Below, one piece after another: positions 26,606 through 36,023 of a DNA stretch of 64,000 nt (position 1 is the stretch's first letter; every line of letters starts with the position of its first letter). The DNA comes from Myxococcota bacterium (GTDB taxonomy: Bacteria > Myxococcota_A > Polyangia > Polyangiales > Houyiibacteriaceae): NCBI GenBank assembly GCA_025453555.1, contig JALOQC010000017.1:3868-67867 (forward strand). Reading direction: 5' to 3'. A program made the position numbers and the translations under genes. Under the pieces are notes generated by a model. It saw only the letters and a program-made list of their open reading frames with translations, had not been told where the DNA came from and searched no databases.

Positions 26606-27064
26606 ATGGACAACAAAGCCCTTTGGATTCTCGCGGCGCTGCTCGCGGTCGGTGCGGGTTACGGCGCCTGTGCGCTCTCGACGTCGGACGAATCTTCGGA
26701 GAGCCTGAGCGGCGATCCCCTCGACCCAGGCCCCACGATGCCGGACCTCCGTCAGGACGCGGGCACTTCGATCGCCACGCCGACTCCGGTGGAGCCCACG
26801 CAACCGACGATGCCGCCGCCGGCCCAGGCGGACGCCTGCGAGGGCGCCTGCACGAGCGGCGAAACGTGCTGCCCGACCACGCGTGAGTGTGTGCCCGCGG
26901 ATTGCGCGACCTGCTGCGCGCCCGACCAGACGCGGACGCCCGTGATCCCCACGGAGCTCGCACCGCGCGGTGACGGCCCCGCGGGGCCCATGCCGGTGCC
27001 CGACGTCGTGGAAGGCGGTGGTGGGCCGCGACCTCCGTCGCCCGATCCGCGCATCGGTCAGTGA
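26606..27064 (+). CDS. Small secreted Pro/Cys-rich protein (hypothetical)
   Basis: MDNKALWILAALLAVGAGYGACALS is a signal or lipoprotein signal peptide, followed by the Cys cluster ACEGACTSGETCCPTTRECVPADCATCCAP. Confidence 0.55.
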   Translation: MDNKALWILAALLAVGAGYGACALSTSDESSESLSGDPLDPGPTMPDLRQDAGTSIATPTPVEPTQPTMPPPAQADACEGACTSGETCCPTTRECVPADCATCCAPDQTRTPVIPTELAPRGDGPAGPMPVPDVVEGGGGPRPPSPDPRIGQ

Positions 27065-27158
27065 GCGCAGCGCCGTGATTTGACGGCGCGACGCAGGCGA
27101 GTCGGTGAGGCCCTCGACCACGGTGATCCGACGAGTGCCTCGGTGAACCGACCAAGCG

Positions 27159-27193
27159 GAGGAGCGTCGCGGTGTGCAGCCGAGACGCTCCTC
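27159..27193. terminator. Hairpin between convergent genes (candidate terminator)
   Basis: GAGGAGCGTC (27159-27168) pairs with GACGCTCCTC (27184-27193), giving a 10-bp stem and a 15-nt loop. It lies between the 26606-27064 gene and murB. Confidence 0.4.
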
Positions 27194-27211
27194 GCGCGTC
27201 GGGCTCTACCG

Positions 27212-28318
27212 TCAGCCGTCGACGCCGAGGAGGCGTGGCTCGCGCTCGAGCGTCACGCCGAAACGCGCCTGTACCGCATCGACGATCGTCTGTGCGAACG
27301 CGAGCAGCTCGCGCGTGGTCCCACCGCCGTGGTGGACGAGCGCGAGCGCGTGCGCGGTCGAGAGCCCGATCGCGCCCACGCGGTGCCCTCGCGCGAAGCC
27401 GGCGCGTTCGATCAGCCAGCCCGCGGCGAGCTTCGTGCGCTCACCCTCCGGCCAACGCGGCACCTCGCTCGGATCGCGCGCGAGCCCGTCGCGCAGCGCG
27501 CTCTCGACCACCGTCTCCGCGACCGCGCGCGGCACGATCGGGTTCGTGAAGAAGCTGCCCGCGCTGCGCACGTTCGGATCGCCCGGCGCGGCGTAGGGCG
27601 GCAGCACCATCGACTTGGTTCGCCGCAGCGCGAGCACGGTGTCGCGCGTCTGCGCCACCGAGGCGTCCACCGCGAGCATGCGCTCGAGCTCCGCGTAACG
27701 TCGCGCGGGCGAGCCACCTCGCCGCAACGCGAAGACCACCTCGGTGACGATCGGGCGCCGATCGAGCGGCGCGCGTTTGAGCGCGCTGTCGCGGTACGCG
27801 AAGCCACACGTCGCCGCGTCGAGCTCGATCGCTTCGAGCGTCGTCGGATCGATCGCGCGAACCTTCACGATCGTCTCCGCCACGTCTTGTCCGTACGCGC
27901 CGACGTTCTGGATCGGCGTGGCGCCGACCGCGCCCGGGATGCCCGCGAGGCACTCGACCCCCGCGAGCTCCTCCTCGACCGCCTGACGTACGAAGTCGTC
28001 CCACGACGTGCCGGCGCGTACGGCGACCTCGACCCGATCTCCGTCGATGCGCTGCACGTACGAGCCCGCCCCGACGAGCCGCACCACCACGCCACGCACG
28101 CCCTCGTCCGGCACGATCGCGTTCGAGCCGCCGCCCAGGATCGTCACGGGATGTCCCGCGCGTTTCGCCCAGCGCAAGCGGTCGATCAGCGTCGCGTCGT
28201 CCGCGATCTCGACGAAGTGATCGGCGGCACCACCGAGCCGCAGCGTGGTGCGAGGCGCGAGCGGCTCGTCGCGGCGGACGTCGGCGGGGAGCATCGCGCG
28301 CGGTGTAGCACGAGACAC
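27212..28318 (-). CDS. murB: UDP-N-acetylenolpyruvoylglucosamine reductase
   Basis: EPLAPRTTLRLGGAADHFVE...VTILGGGSNAIV...AGIPGAVGATPIQNVGAYG...FTNP are MurB FAD-binding and C-terminal motifs. The start may instead be MLPADV at 28294. Confidence 0.9.
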   Translation of the reverse strand: MSRATPRAMLPADVRRDEPLAPRTTLRLGGAADHFVEIADDATLIDRLRWAKRAGHPVTILGGGSNAIVPDEGVRGVVVRLVGAGSYVQRIDGDRVEVAVRAGTSWDDFVRQAVEEELAGVECLAGIPGAVGATPIQNVGAYGQDVAETIVKVRAIDPTTLEAIELDAATCGFAYRDSALKRAPLDRRPIVTEVVFALRRGGSPARRYAELERMLAVDASVAQTRDTVLALRRTKSMVLPPYAAPGDPNVRSAGSFFTNPIVPRAVAETVVESALRDGLARDPSEVPRWPEGERTKLAAGWLIERAGFARGHRVGAIGLSTAHALALVHHGGGTTRELLAFAQTIVDAVQARFGVTLEREPRLLGVDG

Positions 28319-28385
28319 CGCGTGCCTCGTCGTCGTGCGTGGCGCCGTACGATCGACGCGACACGCACGACGACGCTTCCGGGCT

Positions 28386-31358
28386 TCAGGGAGAACAACG
28401 ACCGAAGCTGGTCGCGCTCGCGCCCACGCACGTCTGGCCGGTGCGGCAGTCCGCGTTCGTGTCGCAGCCCGGGATGCACGCGCGCGTGCCGCTGCCGGTG
28501 ACGTCCACGCAACCGAGGCCCGAAGCGCACTCCGCCGCGCTCGCGCAGCCCTGCAGACACAGCGAGAGCGGCGCCGGATCCGAGCTCACCGCGACGCAGA
28601 GGTTGCCCGCGCCGCACGCGCTCGATCCCCCGCGGCCGGGCGCGCCGCAATCGAACACCGAGCAGTAGCCGTTCGGGAGATCGCCCGCCGCGAAGAGTCC
28701 GTCGAGGCAGTCGCCTTCGCCGAAGGGCGACCAACACTGCGCGGCCGACGTGCACGTCGCGCCGACGTTCTCGGTGGTGACGCCGTTGTCGAGGTTCGGC
28801 GACGGCAGGCAGTAGCCGTTGTCGGCCGCGCCCGCGGCGCCGCTCCACACGCACGTGCGGCTGGGGCCGCAGCCGGAGGTCGCGCCGAGCCACGTCGCGG
28901 GATCGACCGTCGTGCCGGCACCCACCGTGCACTCCGGCATGCAGCGCGCGTCCGGCAGGCGTCGCTCCGCGCAGGTTCCTTCGCCCGCGCACGCGAGATC
29001 CTCGCACCCGAGCTTCGTGCAGAAGCCCGCCGCACCCCAGAAGGGCTCGCTCGGATCGGGATCGCGCAGGCAGAGGCCGTCGCGCTCGCAGTCGAAGTCG
29101 TCCGTGCAGGCATCGCCCGCGTCGACGCCCGCCGGAGGCGTCCACGCGCAGCGGAAGGTGTCGAGGTCGCAGGTGACCTCCTCCTCGGCCCACACGAGCC
29201 CGTCGAAGCCCGTGGACGATCCGCCGCACGCCGCCGGGCTCGTCAGGCAGTCGTTCGGTGTCTGGATGCCCGGAATGCCGTTCGACTCGCGCCGCACCAC
29301 GCGGCACTCCGCGTCGTCGGTGCATCCGCCGAGGCACACGTCCGCGCCCGCCCGACACTCGTATCCGTCGCGGCAACGATCGTTGTCGACCGCGTTCGCT
29401 GCGCAGCTCTCGAGACAGATCGCGAAGTCGTCGTCGACCACGACACACGCCGCGCCCGCGCCGCACGTGCCCGCGGTCGCCGGGTTGCAGTCGAGCCGGG
29501 TGCAGTAGCCACCGGGGAAGAGACTCGTGGTGTGGCTTCCTCCGTAGCTCGCGGGGAGATCGCGCACCGGATCGCTCGCACCCCCGATCGTGGTCCGTAC
29601 CTCCGCTTCGGTGATGCAGTCGCGCCCGCCACCACCGCACGCGGCGTCCGAGGCGCAGCGCGCACCGATCGTCGTCGTCGTCGAGAAACAGCGATCGTTC
29701 GTCTCGTCGCAGCGCCCGTCCACGCACGCGGGAGGTGTCCCCGCCACGCACGCGCTTCCGACGCAGCGTTCACCGCCGTTGCAGAAGCTCCCGTCGTCGC
29801 AGTCGCCGTCGAAGAGACACTCCGACACCACGGTCGCACCGCGACGCGCGGGGACGAGCTCGAGCGCGACCCCGAACGACATCGCGCTGCACTCGCCCGC
29901 CTCGATCCGAAACGTGACGTCGTCCGCGTTGCCCGGGATGCCGTCGGGGCCGTTCGAGAGGCGCACCGTGGTCGCGGTGCTCACGCGATCGAGGTCGAGG
30001 TAGAGCGGAAGGATCGCGTTCACCAGCGAGCTGGAGATCTCCGAGCCGAAGAACGTCCCGAAGCCCGCCACGGTCGTGCGGCCGGTGAGCAGGTGTCGGC
30101 TCGGCCCGCCGAGCGGCGTGCGTCCGCGGAGATCGATCCGGAGCTCGGTTTGTTCGAGCGGGAGCACCAGCGAGCCGTCGTCTCCGAGCCGAAGTGTCAT
30201 GGCGAAGGGCCCGACGATCAGCGTGCCGGCCTCGACGCGACCGGTGGCGTCCACGACCGTCGGGGTGAGCACGTCGAAGGTCTGATCCGGCGCGAGGCTG
30301 CTCCCGCTCGCGATCGGCGCGCCGCCGCCCGGCACGCGCCCGAAGTGCAGCCGCACGCGTTGGCTCGTCGCGGTCGGCGAGAGCGGTCCGTCCGGCTCGA
30401 CGAGGAAGATCACCTGACCGTTCTGCACCGGCACCTCGGGAGCGCCCGTGATCGTCGCCCCCTCGCGGAGGCGCGCGAACGAGTTGTCGACGCCGCGGGT
30501 TCCGTCGAGCCCGATCTCGTCGGGGATCCCACACGGATCGGTGTCTCCGAAGGGACCGCCGTCGATTCCGTCGAGGTCGCGTCCGGGCACGCGACCGCTC
30601 GCGCTCGGGCCGAAGTCGAAGCGACCGACCACGAAGAAGCAGTCCTCGCACGCGATCGGCGCCTCGCACGAGTCGAGACCGCAGCTCGGGTCGCCGCCGC
30701 AGTCCGCGCTGCCGTCGTCGTCGTTGTCGCAGCCGTCGCCGCAGAGCGCCGGGCCCGTCTCGACCTCCGCGTCGAGGCACGCGTCGCAGTCTTCGTCGAT
30801 CCGCCCGTCGCAGTCGTCGTCGAGGTCGTTGCAGATCTCGGGCGCGAGGGGGTTCGTCATCGCGCGCGCGTCGTCGCAATCCTCCCCGCAGTCGGCACCG
30901 TTGCAGCACGACGCGTCGACGAAGCCGTCGCCGTCCTCGTCGATCGCACCGAACGTCTCCGGGTCGCAGTCTTCGTCGATGCCCGCGAAGTCACAGACCT
31001 CGGTCGCGTCCGGGTGCACGTCCGGGTCGTCGTCGTCGCAGTCCGGACCGCCACAACTCGCGGACGCGAAGCCGTCCCCGTCGGCGTCCTCGCAGTCGTC
31101 GCAGCGATCGCCCGCTTCGTCGCAGCGGAGCTCGCAGGGCGCGCTCCCCGGGAGGCACTCACCGCTCGCGAGGCAGCGCTCGACGCCGTTGCAGAAGAGG
31201 CCGTCGTCGCAGTCGAGGTCGGAGCGACACCCGACGGGGTCCGCGTCGAGGACGATCGGCACGTCGGGGAGCGCGCCCGCGTCGTCGGGAGGGGCGTCGT
31301 CGTCGCCGCAGGCGATCGCGAGGACGAGCAGCGCGGAGGTCCATCGGAGAAGAGGCAT
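28386..31358 (-). CDS. Large secreted cysteine-rich lipoprotein with MopE-type putative metal-binding repeats
   Basis: MPLLRWTSALLVLAIACGDDD is a lipobox. Repeats include DADGDGFASASCGGPDCDDDDPDVHPDATEVCD..IDEDCD and DEDGDGFVD..CCNGADCGEDCDDARAMTNPLAPEICNDLDDDCDGRIDED. Many CxDGxFCNG-type units follow. Confidence 0.75.
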   Translation of the reverse strand: MPLLRWTSALLVLAIACGDDDAPPDDAGALPDVPIVLDADPVGCRSDLDCDDGLFCNGVERCLASGECLPGSAPCELRCDEAGDRCDDCEDADGDGFASASCGGPDCDDDDPDVHPDATEVCDFAGIDEDCDPETFGAIDEDGDGFVDASCCNGADCGEDCDDARAMTNPLAPEICNDLDDDCDGRIDEDCDACLDAEVETGPALCGDGCDNDDDGSADCGGDPSCGLDSCEAPIACEDCFFVVGRFDFGPSASGRVPGRDLDGIDGGPFGDTDPCGIPDEIGLDGTRGVDNSFARLREGATITGAPEVPVQNGQVIFLVEPDGPLSPTATSQRVRLHFGRVPGGGAPIASGSSLAPDQTFDVLTPTVVDATGRVEAGTLIVGPFAMTLRLGDDGSLVLPLEQTELRIDLRGRTPLGGPSRHLLTGRTTVAGFGTFFGSEISSSLVNAILPLYLDLDRVSTATTVRLSNGPDGIPGNADDVTFRIEAGECSAMSFGVALELVPARRGATVVSECLFDGDCDDGSFCNGGERCVGSACVAGTPPACVDGRCDETNDRCFSTTTTIGARCASDAACGGGGRDCITEAEVRTTIGGASDPVRDLPASYGGSHTTSLFPGGYCTRLDCNPATAGTCGAGAACVVVDDDFAICLESCAANAVDNDRCRDGYECRAGADVCLGGCTDDAECRVVRRESNGIPGIQTPNDCLTSPAACGGSSTGFDGLVWAEEEVTCDLDTFRCAWTPPAGVDAGDACTDDFDCERDGLCLRDPDPSEPFWGAAGFCTKLGCEDLACAGEGTCAERRLPDARCMPECTVGAGTTVDPATWLGATSGCGPSRTCVWSGAAGAADNGYCLPSPNLDNGVTTENVGATCTSAAQCWSPFGEGDCLDGLFAAGDLPNGYCSVFDCGAPGRGGSSACGAGNLCVAVSSDPAPLSLCLQGCASAAECASGLGCVDVTGSGTRACIPGCDTNADCRTGQTCVGASATSFGRCSP

Positions 31359-31592
31359 CCGGCGAGGGTCCACGAATCGAGGCGCGTGCGCATCCCTCAA
31401 ACGAGGTAGATGGGGCAGATTGCCTCGCTCCAAACCCGCTTGATTCAGAATCGAAGGCGGCGCGATGCGTGTGGGGAGTGACTCTCGGAAGACGCCTGGT
31501 CGAAGGATCCGAGGGCGTGAGGATCGCCGTCCGGCGACCGAACCAACGGCCCGACGTGCTTCGGAGCCGGCGGCTGCGCGAGCGCCGCGGGA

Positions 31593-32060
31593 TTAGGGCG
31601 GCGGGACGACCGTCGCCCCAGGCTCGCTCGCCGGCAGAAGCGTCGGGTCCTCCGTCGGCGCGTCGCTCGGCACACTCATCTCGACGCGCGTTCGGGTCGT
31701 GGCCGCCTGGGTCCGCTGGTCGCGGAGCACGATGCCGACGCAGGCGTGCACTTCGCGTCGAAGCGTGGCGTAGCGTTGGTCGAGCGCGACGGTGGAGCCG
31801 AGGCCGCTCTCGCTGCGGTACCAAGTCTGGCGCAGGAGCGCGTGCACCTCCGCGAGCTTGCGATCGAGACAGCGTGTGCGGGTCTCGTCCGCGTCGCGGC
31901 GGGCCTCGCCGAGGAAGCGCGCGGTGAGCTGCGCGAGCTGCTCGGTGCGAACCCCGAGGCGGGTGAGATCGGTGGCGCGATCGTCGGCTGACGTCCGCGA
32001 CACGGACGTCGGGAGCACGACGAGCAAGCCGAGCACGAGCGCAAAGCGAACGAACGACAT
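31593..32060 (-). CDS. Hypothetical secreted protein (155 aa)
   Basis: MSFVRFALVLGLLVVLPTSVS is a signal peptide followed by a helical Arg/Leu-rich body. It is the in-frame internal start of ORF 31593-32966, whose upstream part is Arg-rich shadow. Confidence 0.5.
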   Translation of the reverse strand: MSFVRFALVLGLLVVLPTSVSRTSADDRATDLTRLGVRTEQLAQLTARFLGEARRDADETRTRCLDRKLAEVHALLRQTWYRSESGLGSTVALDQRYATLRREVHACVGIVLRDQRTQAATTRTRVEMSVPSDAPTEDPTLLPASEPGATVVPPP

Positions 32061-32272
32061 CGCTTCACAGGTTGCACGACGCACGGCGAGATTCAACGGC
32101 GCCTCGTCGATGCCGCCGATCCCGCCGATCCGATCGGCGAACGGGTCGGCGAACACGCCGTGCTCCGCGCCCACGGGCCGACGACCGCCGCGAACGCGAC
32201 GAGGCCCGCTCGGCACGTGCGAAGCGGGCCTCGACCCTGGTGAGCGGCGGCGCGAGCACCGCAACCGAACGC

Positions 32273-34076
32273 TCAGCGCCGGCGCCGGCGCCACGCGACG
32301 AGCGCGACGACCGCGAGGCTCGCGAGCGGACCACCGAAGCCGCCCGTGGGCGTGGTGGTGCGGCAACCGCAACCCGGATCGCCACCGTCTCCGCGCGGGG
32401 TGCGACCGCCGTCGACCGCGGGCGCACCGGAGTCCACGCCGGGGATGGGTCCTCCGCCGTCCACGCCGGGGATCGGTCCCCCGCCGTCGCGCGGCATCGG
32501 CATGCCTCCGTCCGGTCGCTCCACGGCCACGCACGCGCCCGCCATGCACGCCTCGCCCATCGGGCACACCACGCCGGTGCACGCGTCGCGGCAGGTGCCG
32601 CCGTCGCAGAACTGACCGGCCGGGCACGTCACGTCCGCGCACGCGCTCTCCACGCAGCGCCCGTCCTCGAGGCAGCTCTCGCCCGCGGCGCAGTCGACGT
32701 ACTGGCAACGCGGGATGCACGCCCCGTCCTCGCAGGTCGTGCAGTCGTCGCAGACCGCGCCCGCGCAGAGGTCGACGCAGCGACCGCCGCGGCACTGCTG
32801 ACCGGGCGGGCACACCACGCCGTCGCACGCGCCGACGCAGCTTCCGGCCACGCAGCGCTGGCCCTCCGCGCACGTCACGGACTCGCAGCCCGCGTCCACG
32901 CAACGCCCTGCCTCCGTGCAGACCTGGCCGTCGGCGCAGCCACCCTCGAAGCACACGCCGGTGCACACGCCGCGGTCGCAGACCTCACCGGCCGCGCACA
33001 GGCCCTCGCCGTCGTCGACCATGCCGTCGCAGTCGTTGTCGATCGCGTCGCAGCGCTCGGGGCTCGCTTCGACCTCGGGCCGGCACTCGATGCCGTCCGC
33101 AACGCACTGGGTGCGCCCGGCGCCGCAGACGCCCGGCATGCCGGTGTCGCACGCGTCGCCCGCGCCCGGGCACTCGATCACGCCGCTGCGGATCTGGAAG
33201 CGCCAGATCCCCGGCATGCCGACGTTCGACATCGTGCAGAGTCCGCGAGCCCATGATCTCGACGTAATCCATCGTGTTCCCCGCGTCGAATCCGGATTGA
33301 GCCGGCGTCGCAGAGCCCGCGGGATCGCACATGTTCATCCGACAGGGCAGGAGCGGATTGCTCGGGCAGAGGCCGGCGATGCAGCGCTGGGGCATCGAAG
33401 GCGGCGCGAGTCCGTCCGTGCCTCCGCTCGCGTCGCCGGTGTTCCACTCGCAGCGGTTGAATCGGAACTCCACGTCGAAGTCACCGGCGCCACCGCAGGT
33501 GGAACCGCCGTCGACGCCCGTGAGGACGAGCTGAAAGCTCATGCGCTTGTCGACGCTGCACTCGTAGTACCCGACGCGATCCCAGGTCACGATCACGCGA
33601 CGCGTCGCCGGATCGAGGTGCCACCAGACGCCGTTCTCGCTCGGGTTCTGGCAATCCCCCGCGTAGCCGGTGCCGCCGTCGGGCTCTGCGCACGCGGTGC
33701 CGCGAATGTCCACGTCGGCCCAGAACGGCGCGATCATCGGCTGATTCGCGACCGGAAACGCCGCGGGCGTGTACGTCGGGACGGCGCCGCTGAACGTGAT
33801 GTTGCCGTTCGTGTTGACGTACATCTGGGTGTGAGTGCGATCGAAGAACTGGAGACCGCTCGGGAAGATCGAGCTCAGATCGATCACGCGCGACGAGCCG
33901 TCGTCGTTTCGACCGAGGCACGCCGTGCCGTAGTCCGCCGTGCCACCGAAGCCGTCGAGGAGCGGCACCTGAGCGCGCGCTGCCTCCGGGAAACCACCCA
34001 GGGCGATCGCGCCAACGCACGCGACCGCGAGAAGCCGAAGAAAAGCCCTCACACAAACCTCCACGCCCCGCGCCAC
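32273..34076 (-). pseudogene. NIDO (nidogen-like) domain / Cys-rich repeat / MYXO-CTERM protein, split by a frameshift near 33233-33265
   Basis: Frame A (34076 down to about 33240): signal peptide plus NIDO motifs (VNTNGNITFSG, APFWADVDIRG, WDRVGYY). Frame B (33232-32273): SNVGMPGIWRFQIRSG (the end of NIDO), repeated CxxGxxCxxGxC units, and the C-terminal GCGCRTT...LASLAVVALVAWRRRRR (MYXO-CTERM-like). A sequencing error is an equally possible explanation. Confidence 0.6.
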
Positions 34077-34389
34077 CTCACCGGGCGTGCCGAGGCTAGC
34101 AGGCGCGCGCCGCGTGTACGAAGCGTGCGCTCACGCGTCGAGCGTGACGCGCGTTCGCGACGCGCCGAGCGACGCCCGAGCGCCCGCTCGGATGGAATCC
34201 GCGCGACGTGTTCGGGGCGTTGCCCACGACCCCAGGAACGGGCTTCTCTCAGCTTTTCCGAGGGTCTGTCGCCAGACCCTCCCCCATGTGGCATGAAGCC
34301 CCGTGGGGCCCCCACCCACGAGCCTTCGCTCCCTTCAGTCGCTGCGCGCCGTCCAGTAGGGCGGCTTGCGAAATCGGCCGAGCTTCTAC

Positions 34390-35784
34390 TCAGTGCGATC
34401 CGAGGACCTGCGCCTCGACCTCGTGCTTCGTCGCTTCGATCGCTCCCGAGGCGATCGTCTCGAGGGCGGCGAAGCCCGCGTCGGTGGCCGCTCCCGGCGT
34501 TGCGCCGTGGTGCGCGTTCGCGAGCCCCTTGGCCACACCCACCTCGGTGGCGACCGCGATCGCAGCGGCCGTCGCGGCGACGTCGGCGCGGCGCTCGGCC
34601 TGCTCCGCCGCCTCCACCGTCCCGAGCTCCGCCGCCGCATCCGAGGCTGCGTCGTTCGCTTCACCGTAGAACGCCGCGACCTCGAGCGCCTCGCGCCCCG
34701 CGGTCGCTACCGTGCTCGAGCCGCCTGCGCCGAACCATCCGATGAAGAAGCCCGCCGCGACCAAGATGTACTTCCCGGTCGCGGCGTCGCTCGCGCGCTC
34801 GGCGTTCGCGGCCTCGGTGTGCTCACGGATCGCCTGCTCCACGATGCCGCCCGCGCCCCAGCGCTGCTGCACCTCCGCGGCCGCCCAGGGCATCTCGCGG
34901 CTCGGGCTCGCGCTCAGCGCGGCGTGCCCTTCGCCCCGCGCCACGTCGGTCGCGCGTTCGCGCACCGCGTCGGCCAGCGTTCGCATCGCCCGCGCGAGCG
35001 GCAGCCGGAGCTGCTCCGCGTCGGCGCCTCTCGCGAGCAGGCCCGCGAGCTCCACCGCCTGATCCTCCGCGCCGACGAGCCGCAGCGTCTCGAGCAGCTC
35101 CTCACCCCGAGGGCCCTGCAGACGCGCGAGCTGCTCCGCGTGCTCGGGTCCCATCCCGACCGCGGCGCGCTCGAGCCGCGCCGCCGCCTGGTCGAGCCGT
35201 CGCGCGCCCTGCTCGTGCACGCGCCGCTGGAAGGGCAACGCGATGTTCGACTTCAGCGCATCGATCGCACGATCCGCCGCTTCTCCCGTGACACCCGCGT
35301 TCGCGAGGGCGGCGCGCAGCTCGGACTCGCTCACGCGGCTCAGCTCGCGCATGCGCGCGTCCGAGCCGCCGCGCACCAGCGCCCCCGCGAAGGCCGACGG
35401 ATCGCCGGTGCGGCGCATCGTCTGCGCGGCGACCCGAACGTCGCGCGCGATCGACCCGCCTTCGCTCGCCCCGCGCCGCTCCGCCACCGCGCCGATCGCG
35501 CGCTCGCGCCGCGCCGACTGGATCGTCGTGGCGAGCGTCCCGCGGAGCGCGTCGAGTCGATCGATCGCGGCGCCCGCCCGCCCCTCGCGCGTGAGCTCCG
35601 CGAGCACCTCCGAGCTCTCGTTCAAGAGCGCCTCGGCCGCCTCCAGCGATCCGCGGCCGCGCTGCAGATCGCCGATCGCGGTGCCCATCTGAGACGTCAT
35701 GCGGCTCGCGCGGATCTCCGCGTCCGAGATCGCCAGTTCCACGCGCGCCGAAGACGCGCTGCCCACTCGCAACGGTTGGTTCAT
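34390..35784 (-). CDS. Hypothetical alpha-helical protein (464 aa) with a hydrophobic segment near the C-terminus
   Basis: The internal start MNQPLRV is preceded by GGAGGAAACC. The protein is Ala/Arg/Glu-rich and helical, with GKYILVAAGFFIGWFGAGG as a TM-like segment. No family recognised. Confidence 0.55.
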   Translation of the reverse strand: MNQPLRVGSASSARVELAISDAEIRASRMTSQMGTAIGDLQRGRGSLEAAEALLNESSEVLAELTREGRAGAAIDRLDALRGTLATTIQSARRERAIGAVAERRGASEGGSIARDVRVAAQTMRRTGDPSAFAGALVRGGSDARMRELSRVSESELRAALANAGVTGEAADRAIDALKSNIALPFQRRVHEQGARRLDQAAARLERAAVGMGPEHAEQLARLQGPRGEELLETLRLVGAEDQAVELAGLLARGADAEQLRLPLARAMRTLADAVRERATDVARGEGHAALSASPSREMPWAAAEVQQRWGAGGIVEQAIREHTEAANAERASDAATGKYILVAAGFFIGWFGAGGSSTVATAGREALEVAAFYGEANDAASDAAAELGTVEAAEQAERRADVAATAAAIAVATEVGVAKGLANAHHGATPGAATDAGFAALETIASGAIEATKHEVEAQVLGSH

Positions 35785-36023
35785 GGTTTCCTCCACCGCG
35801 CGGGTCTTCCGGCGGCGGAGTGGGCTCGACCGCGGACGAGCCGAGTTGCGCGAGGGGCGTGATCGAGCGGCTCGGGGAGCTGGTCGAGATTCCACCGCCC
35901 ACGCGTCCGCTCACCGCCGAGCGGTTCGGCGTCCGCCATCCACCCAACGTGCGCCGAACGGACGGACGACCTCGACGATCGATGCTTGTGCATCCTGCGA
36001 TCGCCGCGTACGCCGACGCGCGC

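Noticed and set aside
26356-26616. An 86-codon minus-strand ORF in the kinase/small-secreted-protein spacer, in a slightly lower-GC patch.
   Set aside because: No RBS, no motifs and an Arg-rich composition. The region more likely holds the promoter of the 26606 gene and the kinase terminator hairpin (CCGCTG-CACG-CAGCGG at 26310-26325).
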